NCBI GenBank assembly: GCA_016702655.1
Contig: JADJDO010000020.1
Coordinates: 43,627-107,626, forward strand
DNA length: 64,000 bases
Reading direction: 5' to 3'
Source: Ideonella sp.
GTDB lineage: Bacteria > Pseudomonadota > Gammaproteobacteria > Burkholderiales > Burkholderiaceae_C
This document shows, one piece after another, positions 20,516-30,500 of this stretch (positions are counted from its first letter, which is position 1; the number at the start of each line of letters is the position of its first letter). The notes beneath the pieces are model-generated. The model did no database searches. It saw only the letters and a list, made by a program, of their open reading frames with translations, and was not told the origin of the DNA. Position numbers and translations under genes: made by a program.

Positions 20516-21415
20516 ATGAACCATCCCCTCAAGCTCGGCTTCATCGGCCTGGGCATCATGGGCGCGCCGATGGCGGGCCATCTGCGCAAGGCCGGGCACG
20601 AACTCTTCGTCGCCACGCGCGGCAAGGCCCCGGCCGAACTCGTCGCCGCCGGTGCCATCGTCTGCGCCAGCGCTAGGCAAGTCGCCGAGCGCGCCGACAT
20701 CGTCTTCACCATGGTCCCCGACACCCCCGACGTGGCGGCCGTGCTCTTCGGCGACAACGGCGTTGCCCAGGGCCTGAGCCCGGGCAAGACCGTCGTCGAC
20801 ATGAGCTCCATCTCCCCGATCGAGACCAAGGCCTTCGCCGGGAGGATCAACGACCTCGGCTGCGACTACCTCGACGCGCCGGTCTCGGGCGGCGAAGTCG
20901 GCGCCAAGGCGGCGAGCCTGACGATCATGGTCGGCGGCCCCGAAGCCGCGTTCGAGCGCGTCAGGCCGCTGTTCGAGCTGATGGGCAAGAACATCACCCT
21001 CGTCGGAGGCAACGGCGACGGCCAGACGACCAAGGTTGCGAACCAGATCATCGTTGCGCTCAACATCGCCGCGGTGGGTGAAGCGCTCGTCTTCGCGAGC
21101 AAGGCCGGCGCCGACCCGGCCAAGGTGCGCCAGGCGCTGATGGGTGGGTTTGCGGCCAGCCGCATCCTCGAAGTGCACGGTGAGCGCATGGTCAAGCGCA
21201 CCTTTGCGCCGGGATTCCGGATCGGGCTGCACCAGAAAGACCTCGCGCTGGCGCTGGCCGGTGCGCGCACGCTTGGCGTGGCGCTACCGCAGACCGCCGG
21301 TGCGGCGCAACTGATGCAGGCCTGCGCGGCCAACGGCATGCAGGAGCTCGACCACTCGGCGCTGGTGCGCTCGCTCGAGCTGATGGCCAATCACCAGGTG
21401 ATGCCGGACGCTTGA
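20516..21415 (+). CDS. glxR: 2-hydroxy-3-oxopropionate (tartronate semialdehyde) reductase
   Basis: GFIGLGIMGAPMAGHL Rossmann motif and beta-hydroxyacid dehydrogenase family, in a gcl-hyi context. Confidence 0.9.
   Translation: MNHPLKLGFIGLGIMGAPMAGHLRKAGHELFVATRGKAPAELVAAGAIVCASARQVAERADIVFTMVPDTPDVAAVLFGDNGVAQGLSPGKTVVDMSSISPIETKAFAGRINDLGCDYLDAPVSGGEVGAKAASLTIMVGGPEAAFERVRPLFELMGKNITLVGGNGDGQTTKVANQIIVALNIAAVGEALVFASKAGADPAKVRQALMGGFAASRILEVHGERMVKRTFAPGFRIGLHQKDLALALAGARTLGVALPQTAGAAQLMQACAANGMQELDHSALVRSLELMANHQVMPDA
20535..21415. repeat. Direct repeat (copy 1) shared with garR at 34672..35552
   Basis: The two reductase genes differ at 9 of ~293 aligned residues and share long runs of identical nucleotides. 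The offset is 14137 bp on the same strand. Confidence 0.9.
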
Positions 21416-21454
21416 GAAGCAGCACGCGCCGCCGGACAATCGGTGCAATGACCG

Positions 21455-21612
21455 CCACGCTTGTCGCTTCGCTCCTGCGCTACCCCCCGAGGGGGCCGAG
21501 CCCGGACATGAACAGTCCTGTGGACTGTTCGTGCCTGGCGAGGAGCTGGGCCCCCGGCCCAGCGCGGCCTGCAAGGCCTCGGCCGGCTCGGGGCGACCCG
21601 GCGCCGGACTGA
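21455..21612. repeat. REP-like structured intergenic element, copy 1 (carries an ~85-bp internal insert)
   Basis: 5' box CCACGCTTGTCGCTTCGCTCCTGCGCTACCCCCCGAGGGG and 3' box GGGGCGACCCGGCGCCGGACTGA, with several GGACTG/CAGTCC inverted repeats. Confidence 0.75.
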
Positions 21613-21670
21613 ATGACCCCCAGTCCTCGCTGCCCCGAGGGGGCATCGGGGGCGGCCGGGACTGGAGGCC

Positions 21671-21747
21671 CCACGCTTGTCGCTTTGCTCCTGCGCTGCC
21701 CCCCGAGGGGACGCAGTCCGGCTTGGGGCGGCCCGGCGCCGGACTGA
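21671..21747. repeat. REP-like element, copy 2 (compact form)
   Basis: CCACGCTTGTCGCTTTGCTCCTGCGCTGCCCCCCGAGGGGACGCAGTCCGGCTTGGGGCGGCCCGGCGCCGGACTGA, with 8-bp stem CAGTCCGG/CCGGACTG. It ends 2 nt before the glycerate kinase ATG. Confidence 0.75.
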
Positions 21748-21749
21748 CA

Positions 21750-23060
21750 ATGAGCACTTCTTCCCCGCACACCGACCCGCGCGCCTTTCTGCGCGCGCTC
21801 TACGACGCCGCCGTCGCGCGCGCGCTGCCGGCGCACAACACGGCCGCCTTCCTGCCCGCGCCGCCAGATCCGCGCAGGGGCCGCACGCTTGTGCTCGGCG
21901 CCGGCAAGGCGGGTGGGGCGATGGCGGCGGCGGTCGATGCGCTGTGGCCATCCGACGCGCCGTTGTCGGGACTCGTCGTCACCCGCTACGAGCACGTGCC
22001 GCCCGCGTATCGGGAGCGGCCGGGCCGGATCGAAGTCGTCGAGGCCGCGCACCCGGTGCCCGACGACGCTGGCCGCCAGGCCGCGCGGCGCATTGCCGAA
22101 CTCGCGCGCGGCATGACTGCCGACGACCTCGTGCTGTGCCTGATTTCGGGCGGCGGCTCGGCGCTGCTCGCGATGCCGGCCGAGGGCGTCAGTTTCGAGG
22201 ACAAGCAAGGCGTCAACAAGGCGCTGCTCAGGAGCGGCGCCGCGATCGACGAGATGAACTGCGTGCGCAAGCACCTCTCCGCGATCAAGGGCGGCAGGCT
22301 TGCTGCGCTGTGCGCACCGGCCAGGGTGGTCACGCTCTTGATCAGCGACGTTCCCGGCGACGCACCCGAGGTCATCGCGAGCGGCCCGACCGTGCCCGAC
22401 CCGACGACTTGCGCCGATGCCTTGCGCATCCTCGCGCGCTACGGCATCGAGATTCCGGCCGCTGCCCGCGCGGGGCTGGAGAGTGGCGCCTTCGAGACGC
22501 CCAAGCCCGGCGATGCCTGCTTTGCCGGCAACGTCGTGCACATGATCGCGACGCCGCAGCAAAGCCTCGAGGCTGCCGCGGCCGTCGCGCGCGCGGCGGG
22601 GCTTGCGACGCACATCCTCTCGGACGAGATCGAAGGCGAGTCGCACGTCGTCGGCCGCGTCCACGCAGCGCTCGCGCGCGCCGTCGCGCGGCGCGCAGAA
22701 CCGTTTGCCAAGCCCTGCGTGATCCTCTCCGGCGGCGAGACGACCGTGACCGTCAAGGCCAAGGGTGGCCGGGGAGGGCGCGCGACCGAGTTCCTGCTCG
22801 GCTGCGCGATCGCGCTCCAGGGCGAGCCGGGCGTCTGGGTGCTCGCCGCCGACACCGACGGCATCGACGGCGTGGAAGACAACGCCGGCGCGATCGTCGG
22901 CCCCGACACGCTCGCGCGCGCCGCCACGATCGGCCTCAAGGCACAGGACTTCCTCGACCGCAACGACGCCTACAGCTTCTTCGCGCGCCTGTCTGATCTC
23001 GTCGTGCCCGGGCCGACTTTCACGAACGTCAACGACTTCAGCGCCCTGCTCGTTCTGTAG
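21750..23060 (+). CDS. Glycerate 2-kinase (TtuD/GckA type, MOFRL domain)
   Basis: 436 aa with LVLGAGKAGGAMA, CLISGGGSALL, RKHLSAIKGG and GGETTVTV motifs typical of hydroxypyruvate reductase-like glycerate kinases. Confidence 0.85.
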   Translation: MSTSSPHTDPRAFLRALYDAAVARALPAHNTAAFLPAPPDPRRGRTLVLGAGKAGGAMAAAVDALWPSDAPLSGLVVTRYEHVPPAYRERPGRIEVVEAAHPVPDDAGRQAARRIAELARGMTADDLVLCLISGGGSALLAMPAEGVSFEDKQGVNKALLRSGAAIDEMNCVRKHLSAIKGGRLAALCAPARVVTLLISDVPGDAPEVIASGPTVPDPTTCADALRILARYGIEIPAAARAGLESGAFETPKPGDACFAGNVVHMIATPQQSLEAAAAVARAAGLATHILSDEIEGESHVVGRVHAALARAVARRAEPFAKPCVILSGGETTVTVKAKGGRGGRATEFLLGCAIALQGEPGVWVLAADTDGIDGVEDNAGAIVGPDTLARAATIGLKAQDFLDRNDAYSFFARLSDLVVPGPTFTNVNDFSALLVL

Positions 23061-23238
23061 CGCAGCCGCTGCGCAGCCGCAGGAGCTGGGGGAATTGACG
23101 TTCTTGCATTCGACTTCCATTCAACGGGTCACCAAACCCGCCTGCCACGCTGGCGATGGCACGCCTAACTCGCGCGTTGCCGGTGGCCGGCCCCTGGACG
23201 CGTCCCGGCAAGAAGGCCGGTTTGCGCGCCTGGGAGCA

Positions 23239-23979
23239 ATGCTGAGACTCGTCGGCCTCGCCCTCGCGCTTACGGCCGGCGCCGCGGGGAGCGCGGCTGC
23301 GGTCGAGACGCGGTGGCTCACACTCACCAGTGCGCCGACCGCGGTCGACCTCTACGCACCTTCGGCAGCGCCGCGCGGGCTGGCCGTAGTCGCGCACGGG
23401 TTCACGCGTTCGCGCACGCGGCATGCCGTCCTGGCAAGGCGTCTGGCCGAAGCGGGCTTCCTCGTCGCGGTGCCCGATCTGCCGCACTGGGCCCGGCACG
23501 GCGCCAATGCGGATGCCATCGTGGCCCTGGTCGACTCGATCGCTTCCACGCGCGGGCTCGGCCCGTTGCCGGTGGTGCTCGTCGGTACCTCGGCCGGCGG
23601 GCTCGCGACGCTGCTCGCGAGCGATCGGGTGCCGCGGCTCGCCCTGTGGATCGGGCTCGACCCGGTCGATGCCTTTGGCGACGCCACCGACGCGGCGCGC
23701 AGGCTGCGCGCCCCCGCAGTGGTGCTGCGCGCGCCCGGCAGCGCGTGCAATGCCGCCGGCAGCGCCCGTCGGATCGCTGCCAGCCTGCCCGACGGGCATG
23801 TCGAGCGACGTATCGACGGTGCCTCGCACTGCGACTTCGAAGACACGACCAACTGGCGTTGCGAATGGATCTGCGGCGACGCTGACGCCGCTCGCCAAGC
23901 GCTGATCGTCGACGAGACGGTCGAGGCCGCACGCGGCGCCATCGCGCTGCCGGAGATCAGGTCACCGGCGCCGGATTGA
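23239..23979 (+). CDS. Secreted alpha/beta-hydrolase-fold protein
   Basis: Signal peptide, HGFTRSR, nucleophile-elbow-like GTSAGG and C-terminal DGASHCDF. Its last 23 nt overlap the convergent garD. Confidence 0.65.
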   Translation: MLRLVGLALALTAGAAGSAAAVETRWLTLTSAPTAVDLYAPSAAPRGLAVVAHGFTRSRTRHAVLARRLAEAGFLVAVPDLPHWARHGANADAIVALVDSIASTRGLGPLPVVLVGTSAGGLATLLASDRVPRLALWIGLDPVDAFGDATDAARRLRAPAVVLRAPGSACNAAGSARRIAASLPDGHVERRIDGASHCDFEDTTNWRCEWICGDADAARQALIVDETVEAARGAIALPEIRSPAPD

Positions 23980-25531
23980 ACAGCACCAGCGCGTTGGCGA
24001 GCTTCAACTGTTCGCCGCAGGTCTTGCTGCGGCCGCTGGCGACGTCGAGCATCAGGCGAAAGAGCTCCCAGCCGACGTCCTCGATGCTCGCGTCGCCGTC
24101 GGCAATGCGGCCCGCGTTCAGGTCCATCAGGTCGTGCCAGCGCCGCGCCAGGTCGGTGCGCGTCGCGACCTTGATCACCGGCACCTGCGCCAGACCGTAG
24201 GGCGTGCCGCGCCCGGTCGTGAAGACGTGCAGGTTCATTCCGGCGGCGAGTTGCAGCGTGCCGCAGATGAAGTCGCTCGCCGGCGTGGCGGCGTAGATCA
24301 GGCCCTTGTGCCTGGCCTTCTCACCCGGCGGGAGCACGCCCGCGATCGTTGCCGTGCCCGACTTGACGATCGAGCCCATCGCCTTCTCGACGATGTTCGA
24401 CAGCCCGCCCAGCTTGTTGCCCGGCGTCGTGTTGGCGCTGCGATCGACCTCGCCGCGGCCGAGGTAGGCGTCGGTCCAGGCCATCTCGCGGATCAGCGCC
24501 GCGGCCACCTCGGGCGTCGCTGCGCGCGCGGTCAACTGGGCAATGCCGTCGCGCACTTCGGTCGTCTCGGAGAACATCACGGTCGCGCCGGCGCGCACGA
24601 GCAGGTCGGTGCAGAAACCCAGCGCCGGGTTGGCCGTGACGCCCGAGAACGCGTCGCTGCCGCCGCACTGCAAGCCGACCACGAGTTCGCTCGCCGGCAC
24701 CGTTTCGCGCCGGCGGGCGTTCAGCCGTTCGAGGTGCTTCTCGGCGGTCGCCACGATCGAGTCGATCATCGACATGAAGCCGACATGTGCGTCGTCCTGC
24801 AGGCACACGAGGTCGAACGCCTGCGCGGCATGGGTGCCCACGTCGGCGGCGCTGCGTTCGAGGCCGAGCGGGATCGTTCCCGCCGGCAGCAGCCGCTCGG
24901 GCTGCAGCTTCTCGCAGCCGAGGCTCACCACCATCACCTCGCCGCCGAAGTTCGGGTTCAGCGCGATGTTGCGCAGCGTGCGGATCGGGATCTCGGCGCC
25001 CGGCGCGTCGATCGCGACGCCGCAGCCGTAGCCGTGCTCGAGCGCGACCACGTCGTCGACGTTCGGGTACCTGGGCAGCAGGTCGCGCCTGATGCGCTGC
25101 AGCGCGAAGTCGACGACGCCCGCGACGCACTGCACCGTCGTCGTGATGGCCAGGATGTTGCGCGTGCCGACCGAACCGTCGGCATTGCGGAAGCCCTCGA
25201 AGGTGTAGCCCTCGAGCGGCGGCAGTGGCGCGGGCTTGACGGTCGCGATCGGCAGACCGTCGAGGCCGCGCGCGGCGGGCATCTGCAACAGGCGTTCATG
25301 GACCCAGCTTCCGGCAGGGATCGCCCGCAGCGCGGTGCCGATGCTCACGTCGTAGCGCCGCACCGCATCGCCGGCGGCCAGATCGACGAGCGCCACCTTG
25401 TGGCCCTGCGGCACCTTGTCGACCAGCACCAGCCCCGACGGCAGGACGGTGCCGGCAGGCAGCCCGCCGTCGTTGGCAACGATCGCGACGTTGTCGCGCT
25501 CGTGCATGCGGATCGTCAGCGGCGCGGGCAT
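23957..25531 (-). CDS. garD: Galactarate dehydratase (UxaA/GarD family)
   Basis: 524 aa, collinear with E. coli GarD as recalled (HERDNVAIV..., [51 protein letters not shown], ...FNPAPVT*). Confidence 0.9.
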   Translation of the reverse strand: MPAPLTIRMHERDNVAIVANDGGLPAGTVLPSGLVLVDKVPQGHKVALVDLAAGDAVRRYDVSIGTALRAIPAGSWVHERLLQMPAARGLDGLPIATVKPAPLPPLEGYTFEGFRNADGSVGTRNILAITTTVQCVAGVVDFALQRIRRDLLPRYPNVDDVVALEHGYGCGVAIDAPGAEIPIRTLRNIALNPNFGGEVMVVSLGCEKLQPERLLPAGTIPLGLERSAADVGTHAAQAFDLVCLQDDAHVGFMSMIDSIVATAEKHLERLNARRRETVPASELVVGLQCGGSDAFSGVTANPALGFCTDLLVRAGATVMFSETTEVRDGIAQLTARAATPEVAAALIREMAWTDAYLGRGEVDRSANTTPGNKLGGLSNIVEKAMGSIVKSGTATIAGVLPPGEKARHKGLIYAATPASDFICGTLQLAAGMNLHVFTTGRGTPYGLAQVPVIKVATRTDLARRWHDLMDLNAGRIADGDASIEDVGWELFRLMLDVASGRSKTCGEQLKLANALVLFNPAPVT

Positions 25532-25537
25532 TGCGGG

Positions 25538-26548
25538 TCAGCCCAGGGGAACGACCTCGACCCAGTTCGGATTGCGGCCGACGGCGCAGCCGTCGAGCCT
25601 GGTCAGCGCACCGGTCGAGGAATCGATGGCGTAACGCGACAGCCGGTGCGAGGCCTGTCCGGCCGCGCACAGGAAGCGCCCCGACGGGTCGATCGCGAAA
25701 CCGCGCGGCTGGCTTTCGGTCGGCACCGAGCCGATCGGCGCCAACGCGCCGGTGGCGGCATCGACCGCGAAGGCAGCGAGCGTGCTCGAGCGGCGCTCGC
25801 TGGCATAGAGAAAGCGGCCGTCCGGCGTCAGGTGCAGATCCGCCGCCCAGGGCTCGCCGCTGAAGCCGGGCGGCAGCGCGCTCACCGTCTGGCGCAGTTG
25901 CAGCGTGCCGCGTTCGGCGTCGAAGTCGAGCAGGTCGACGCCTGCGTCGAGCTCGTTCAGCAGATAAACCCAGCGCGCGTTCGGGTGGAACACGAAGTGC
26001 CGCGGCCCGGCGCCGGGCCGTGCCTGCCAGTGCGGCAGCGCGTTGGGAGTGAGCAGGCCTTGCTCGGCGTCGAAGCGCAACTGCAGCACGACTCCGCCGC
26101 CCAGGCTGGTCGCGAGCACGAAGCGGTTCGAAGGATCGGCCTGGATCGCATGCGCGTGCGGCGGCGTCGCGAGCATCTGGTGCGCAGCTTGCGCCACACC
26201 TTCGGCGTCGATGGCGCTGACCGCGATGCAGTCGCCGCCGTAGGAGGCGCTGAACAGCCAGCGCCCGCTGCGGTCGGTGGCGATGCAGGCCATGCTGTCT
26301 GGCAGCGGCGCCTCGCCGAGGAGCCGGAGCTCACCGCTTGCCGCGTCGATGGCGAGCGACGCCACGGCCAGCGGCGCGCTGCGGCGGGCCACGTAGAGTC
26401 GCCTGCGGTCCGGGCTCGGCGCCATCGGCATCAGTTGGCCGCCGACCGCGACCTGCTGCAGCGGCGTGAGCGCACCGCTGTGCGCGTCCATGTGCAGCAC
26501 ATGGATGTCGCCGCTGTCGGCGTTCGACACGTAGACGCAGGCCTTCAT
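25538..26548 (-). CDS. 7-bladed beta-propeller lactonase family protein (6-phosphogluconolactonase/COG2706-like)
   Basis: 336 aa with the repeated motif pattern (GPRHFVFHPNARWVYLLNEL, HLTPDGRFLYASER, PRGFAIDPSGRFL). Its context between garD and the TRAP genes suggests an aldaro/uronolactone lactonase role. Confidence 0.75.
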   Translation of the reverse strand: MKACVYVSNADSGDIHVLHMDAHSGALTPLQQVAVGGQLMPMAPSPDRRRLYVARRSAPLAVASLAIDAASGELRLLGEAPLPDSMACIATDRSGRWLFSASYGGDCIAVSAIDAEGVAQAAHQMLATPPHAHAIQADPSNRFVLATSLGGGVVLQLRFDAEQGLLTPNALPHWQARPGAGPRHFVFHPNARWVYLLNELDAGVDLLDFDAERGTLQLRQTVSALPPGFSGEPWAADLHLTPDGRFLYASERRSSTLAAFAVDAATGALAPIGSVPTESQPRGFAIDPSGRFLCAAGQASHRLSRYAIDSSTGALTRLDGCAVGRNPNWVEVVPLG

Positions 26549-26561
26549 CGGCGCAGCCGCA

Positions 26562-27845
26562 TCACAGCCCGAGCAGGCGCGGCAGCCACAGCGACAGCCA
26601 GGGGATGTAGGTCACCATCAGCAGCACGACGAAGAGCGCAGTGAAGAACGGCATCATCGCCCTGGTGACGATGCCGATCGGCAGCTTGGCGACCGCGCTG
26701 CCGACGAAGAGCACCGTGCCCACCGGCGGCGTGATCAGGCCGATCCCGAGGTTGACCATCATGATCATGCCGAAGTGCACCGGGTCGATGCCGAGCGTCT
26801 TGACCACCGGCAGCAGGATCGGCGTGACGATCAGGATCAGCGGCGACATGTCCATCAGGCAGCCGAGCACGAGCAGCAGCACGTTGATCATCGCCAGGAT
26901 CGCGTACTTGTTGTCCGACAGCGAGGTCAGGAAGGCGGTGACCCGCAGCGGGATCTGCATCAGCGTCATCAGGTAGCCGAAGCTCGCCGCAAAGCCGATC
27001 AGGATCATCACGATCGTCACCGTCTTGACCGTGCGGTGCACGAGCCGGGGCAGGTCGCGCCAGCGGTAGTCGCGGTAGACGAACATCGTCACGCCGAAGG
27101 CCCAGACGACCGCGATCGATGCCGACTCGTTGGCCGTGAACACGCCCGACAGGATGCCGCCGAGGATGATGACGATCGTCATCAGCCCCCACATCGCGTC
27201 GGCGCAGATCTTGAGCGCCTGCCCGAGCGGAATCACCTCGCCCTTGGGATAGCCCTTCTTCTTCGCGATGAACAGGCACAGGACGGCCAGCGTCAGCCCC
27301 ATCAGCAGGCCGGGCAGCACGCCCGCCATGAACAGCGCCGCGATCGATACCGTGCCGCCGGCGGCGAGCGAGTACAGCACCGCGTTGTGGCTGGGCGGGA
27401 TCAGGATCGCCTGCACCGAGCCACTGACGGTGACGGCAGTGGCGAAGTCGCGCGGGTAGCCCTTCTTTTCCATCTCCGGGATCAGCACCGAGCCGATCGA
27501 CGCCGTGTCGGCGACCGACGAGCCCGAGATCGCGCCGAAGAAGGTCGAGGCGAGGATGTTGACCAGCGACAGGCCGCCGCGCACGAAGCCCACCAGCACG
27601 CCGGCAAACGCGACCAGCCGGCGCGACATCCCGCCCTCGGCCATGATCGCGCCGGCGAGCACGAAGAAGGGAATCGCGAGCAGCGAGAACTTGTTGACGC
27701 CGGCGCCGATCTGGATCATCACCGCGTCCAGCGGCAGTTCGATCCACAGCGCGCCGATCAGGGCGGCCATTCCGAGCGAGTAGGCGATCGGCACGCCGAT
27801 GGCCATCAGCGCGAAGAAGCTGCCGATCAGGACGAAGGCATCCAT
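26562..27845 (-). CDS. dctM: TRAP transporter large permease
   Basis: 427-aa polytopic DctM-family sequence. Its start shares one nt with the dctQ stop (TGATG). Confidence 0.9.
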   Translation of the reverse strand: MDAFVLIGSFFALMAIGVPIAYSLGMAALIGALWIELPLDAVMIQIGAGVNKFSLLAIPFFVLAGAIMAEGGMSRRLVAFAGVLVGFVRGGLSLVNILASTFFGAISGSSVADTASIGSVLIPEMEKKGYPRDFATAVTVSGSVQAILIPPSHNAVLYSLAAGGTVSIAALFMAGVLPGLLMGLTLAVLCLFIAKKKGYPKGEVIPLGQALKICADAMWGLMTIVIILGGILSGVFTANESASIAVVWAFGVTMFVYRDYRWRDLPRLVHRTVKTVTIVMILIGFAASFGYLMTLMQIPLRVTAFLTSLSDNKYAILAMINVLLLVLGCLMDMSPLILIVTPILLPVVKTLGIDPVHFGMIMMVNLGIGLITPPVGTVLFVGSAVAKLPIGIVTRAMMPFFTALFVVLLMVTYIPWLSLWLPRLLGL

Positions 27846-28378
27846 CAGTGCGTCTCTGCTACCGGATCGACAGGCCGCTCTTCATAGCGCACGATCGCCC
27901 GCTGCGCCTGCGAGCCGAACACGATGCGCTCGATCACGAACAGCGCGGTGATGGCGCTGCCGATCGGCAGCGAGGCGTAGGTCAGGCCCACCGGCAGCCA
28001 GGTCAGTTCGCTGATCGACTGGCCCCAGGTGTCGATGCACAGCCGCGTGCCGTAGAAGGCGACGAAGGCGCTGACGAGCAGCATCAGCAGGTCGACCAGC
28101 CGCTCGCAGCCGCGCCGCAGCGGCACGGGCATCAGGTCGGTGAACATCGCGACCGCGATGTGCGCGCCGGCGCGGTAGCTCGCGGCGGCGCCGATGAAGG
28201 TGAAGGCCATCATCAGCAGGATCGCGATCGGCTCCGGCCACTGCGAGCCGGTGCCGAGCACGTAGCGCGTGAACACGCCCCAGGGCACGATCAGCGACAT
28301 GCAGAAGATGGCCGTGCCGGCGACCCAGATGCTCGCCAGGTAGAGCCGGTCCATCAGGCGGATATAGGGGTGGTCCAT
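27845..28378 (-). CDS. dctQ: TRAP transporter small permease
   Basis: 177-aa 4-TM protein (MDHPYIRLMDRLYLASIWVAGTAIF...) immediately upstream of dctM. This is the C-terminal part of the long spurious ORF 27845..30238. Confidence 0.85.
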   Translation of the reverse strand: MDHPYIRLMDRLYLASIWVAGTAIFCMSLIVPWGVFTRYVLGTGSQWPEPIAILLMMAFTFIGAAASYRAGAHIAVAMFTDLMPVPLRRGCERLVDLLMLLVSAFVAFYGTRLCIDTWGQSISELTWLPVGLTYASLPIGSAITALFVIERIVFGSQAQRAIVRYEERPVDPVAETH

Positions 28379-28488
28379 GTCGTGCGTGCTGGCCTGCCGG
28401 CGTGCGGGTTCGCGGCCAAGGTGGGCAGGGCACCGGCGCGCGGGCCGGCAGGCCGGTGCGCAGCGGCTCGTACGGGCCGCCGCGGGGT

Positions 28489-29466
28489 CTACTTCGTCGC
28501 TTCGATGCGTTTCATCAGGTCGGTGTACTGCGCGCCGTACTTGGCGCGCACCGGCGCCGTGGCCTCGTAGAAGGGCTTGTTGTCGATGACGATGAACTCG
28601 ACCCCGTCGGCCTTGAGCTTGGCGGTGTAGTCGGCCACCGCGGCGTCCCACAGCACGCGCTGCTCGAGTTGCGCTTCGCGCGCGAATTTCTTCACCAGCG
28701 CCTGGTCGGGCGGGGCGAGCTTGTCCCAGGTGACCTTGGACATGACCAGGATCTCGGGAATGATCAGGTGGTTGGTCTGCGTGTAGTACTTGGCGCCGGC
28801 CTTGAAGTGATTCGCGGTGTACAGGCTCGGCGGGTTGTTCTCGGCGCCGTCGATGACGCCCGTCTGCAGCGCGGTGAAGACCTCGCCATAGCCCATGCTG
28901 ATGCCGTTGCCGCCCATCGCGTTCATGGTGTCGACGAACAGCGGGTTGCCCATCATGCGGATCTTCTGGCCCTTCAGGTCGGCCATCGATCGCACCGGCT
29001 TCTTGGTGTAGAGGCTGCGCGCGCCGCCGTCCATCCAGGCCAGGCCGACCAGCCGCGCCGACGAGGCGCTGATCTTGTCGAGCAGTTCCTGCCCGATGGG
29101 CCCGTCGATCACCGCGCGCATGTGTGCCGGGTCGCGGAAGACGAACGGCATGTTGAACACGTTGACCTCGGGCACCACCGGCCCCACCGGGCCGAGCGAG
29201 GTGCGCAGGATGTTGATCGCGCCGACCTGGGTCTGCTCGATCATCTCCTTCTCGCCGCCGAGCACGCTGCCGGGGAACATCTGGATCTTGATGCGGCCGC
29301 CTGTCGCCGCGTCGAGCTTCTTGCCCATGTTCTCGACCGCGACCACGGTCGGGTAGCCCTGCGGGTGCACGTCGGCGGCCTTCAGGGTCTGCGCGGCGGC
29401 GCCGAGCGTGGCGCCGAAGCTGGCCAGCGCGATGGCGGCGGCGATCAAGGGTTGTTGCAGTCTCAT
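28489..29466 (-). CDS. dctP: TRAP transporter substrate-binding protein
   Basis: 325 aa with a signal peptide and DctP-family sequence (HPQGYPTVVAVENMGKKL...). Confidence 0.9.
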   Translation of the reverse strand: MRLQQPLIAAAIALASFGATLGAAAQTLKAADVHPQGYPTVVAVENMGKKLDAATGGRIKIQMFPGSVLGGEKEMIEQTQVGAINILRTSLGPVGPVVPEVNVFNMPFVFRDPAHMRAVIDGPIGQELLDKISASSARLVGLAWMDGGARSLYTKKPVRSMADLKGQKIRMMGNPLFVDTMNAMGGNGISMGYGEVFTALQTGVIDGAENNPPSLYTANHFKAGAKYYTQTNHLIIPEILVMSKVTWDKLAPPDQALVKKFAREAQLEQRVLWDAAVADYTAKLKADGVEFIVIDNKPFYEATAPVRAKYGAQYTDLMKRIEATK

Positions 29467-29517
29467 GCTTGTCTCCGGTGCGGGTTGGGGGCGGGAAAAG
29501 AGGGGATCGGCCTGCGT

Positions 29518-30345
29518 TCACTCGAACGGGCCGGTACGCACGAACGCGCCGCCCTGGTAGATCACGGCCGGGTCGCTGGTATCGAGTTGCTGCTGGCGCG
29601 CCTCGACCTCGGCGCGAAAGACCTCCGAGCTGTCCTGCGGCCGGTAGCCGATGTGGCGCGCGCTCGTGTTGTCCCACCAGGTCGTTGCGTTGTCGGACAT
29701 GCCGTAGACGATGCTGTGTCCGACCACCGGCGCGGTGAGCGCGGCGACCACGAGGCGCTCGGTGTCGTCGTAGCTCATCCAGGTGGCGAGCATGCGCCGG
29801 TCTTTCGGCGCCGCGAACGCCGAGCCGATGCGAACGCTGACGGTCTCGATTCGATAGCGGTCCCAGTAGAGCTGGGCGAGGTTCTCGCCGAAGGCCTTGG
29901 ACAGACCGTACAGGCCGTCGGGGCGCAGCGGGTCGCGCGGCGAGACCACCTCGTCCTGGCGATAAAAGCCCGTGACATGGTTCGAACTCGCGTACACGAT
30001 GCGCCTGACGCCGTTCCTGCGCGCCGACTCGTAGAGGTTGTAGGCGCCGACGATGTTGCCGGCGAGGATGGGCGCCCAGGGCTGCTCGGTCGAGACGCCG
30101 GCCATGTGGACGACGGCATCGACGTCTGCGAGCAGGCTCAGCATCGCGTCGGCGTCGGCGAGGTCGACGCTGACGATTTCCTCGTCGGGCCCCGCCGCGG
30201 CGATGGGCGCGCGGTGCGACAGGCGCAGCGTCTCGCAATAGGCCTTCAGGCGCGGCCGCAACTCGCGGCCGAGGTTGCCATCGGCGCCCGTCAGCAACAG
30301 GCGGCGCAAGCGGATCGATGAAGCAGGTTGGGGCAGCATGGCCAA
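29518..30345 (-). CDS. udh: Uronate dehydrogenase (NAD-dependent SDR/epimerase fold)
   Basis: LLLTGADGNLG Rossmann motif, ASSNHVTGFY, YGLSKAFGE (YxxxK) and a length of ~275 aa match Udh of Agrobacterium/Pseudomonas as recalled. Confidence 0.8.
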   Translation of the reverse strand: MAMLPQPASSIRLRRLLLTGADGNLGRELRPRLKAYCETLRLSHRAPIAAAGPDEEIVSVDLADADAMLSLLADVDAVVHMAGVSTEQPWAPILAGNIVGAYNLYESARRNGVRRIVYASSNHVTGFYRQDEVVSPRDPLRPDGLYGLSKAFGENLAQLYWDRYRIETVSVRIGSAFAAPKDRRMLATWMSYDDTERLVVAALTAPVVGHSIVYGMSDNATTWWDNTSARHIGYRPQDSSEVFRAEVEARQQQLDTSDPAVIYQGGAFVRTGPFE

Positions 30346-30401
30346 AGGGTGTCGGATTGCAGACAGGGCTTGATCGGAGGGCGGACTTGCTGCACTATGG
30401 C

Positions 30402-30436
30402 GACAATTCGTTGTCTGTCATCAGTTGTCGTACAAC
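30402..30436. promoter_or_regulatory. Two candidate FadR/GntR-type operators in the udh/gntR divergent region
   Basis: Inverted repeats GACAA-TTCG-TTGTC (30402-30415) and GTTGT-CGT-ACAAC (30424-30436). They fit the GntR-family t.GT-N-AC.a pattern, and the CAGTTGT word recurs at 31286. Confidence 0.4.
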
Positions 30437-30500
30437 AAGGATGATTTTAAGGTTCACCGATGCTTCGTCAAGTGGCCAGACCTGGGGTTTTCACTGAGTT

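Noticed and set aside
21455-21747. The tandem repeated units could be a mini CRISPR array.
   Set aside because: There are only two copies, with unequal spacing and internal palindromes. Related copies are scattered at 32.4 and 47.1 kb, and there are no cas genes. This is REP-like behaviour.
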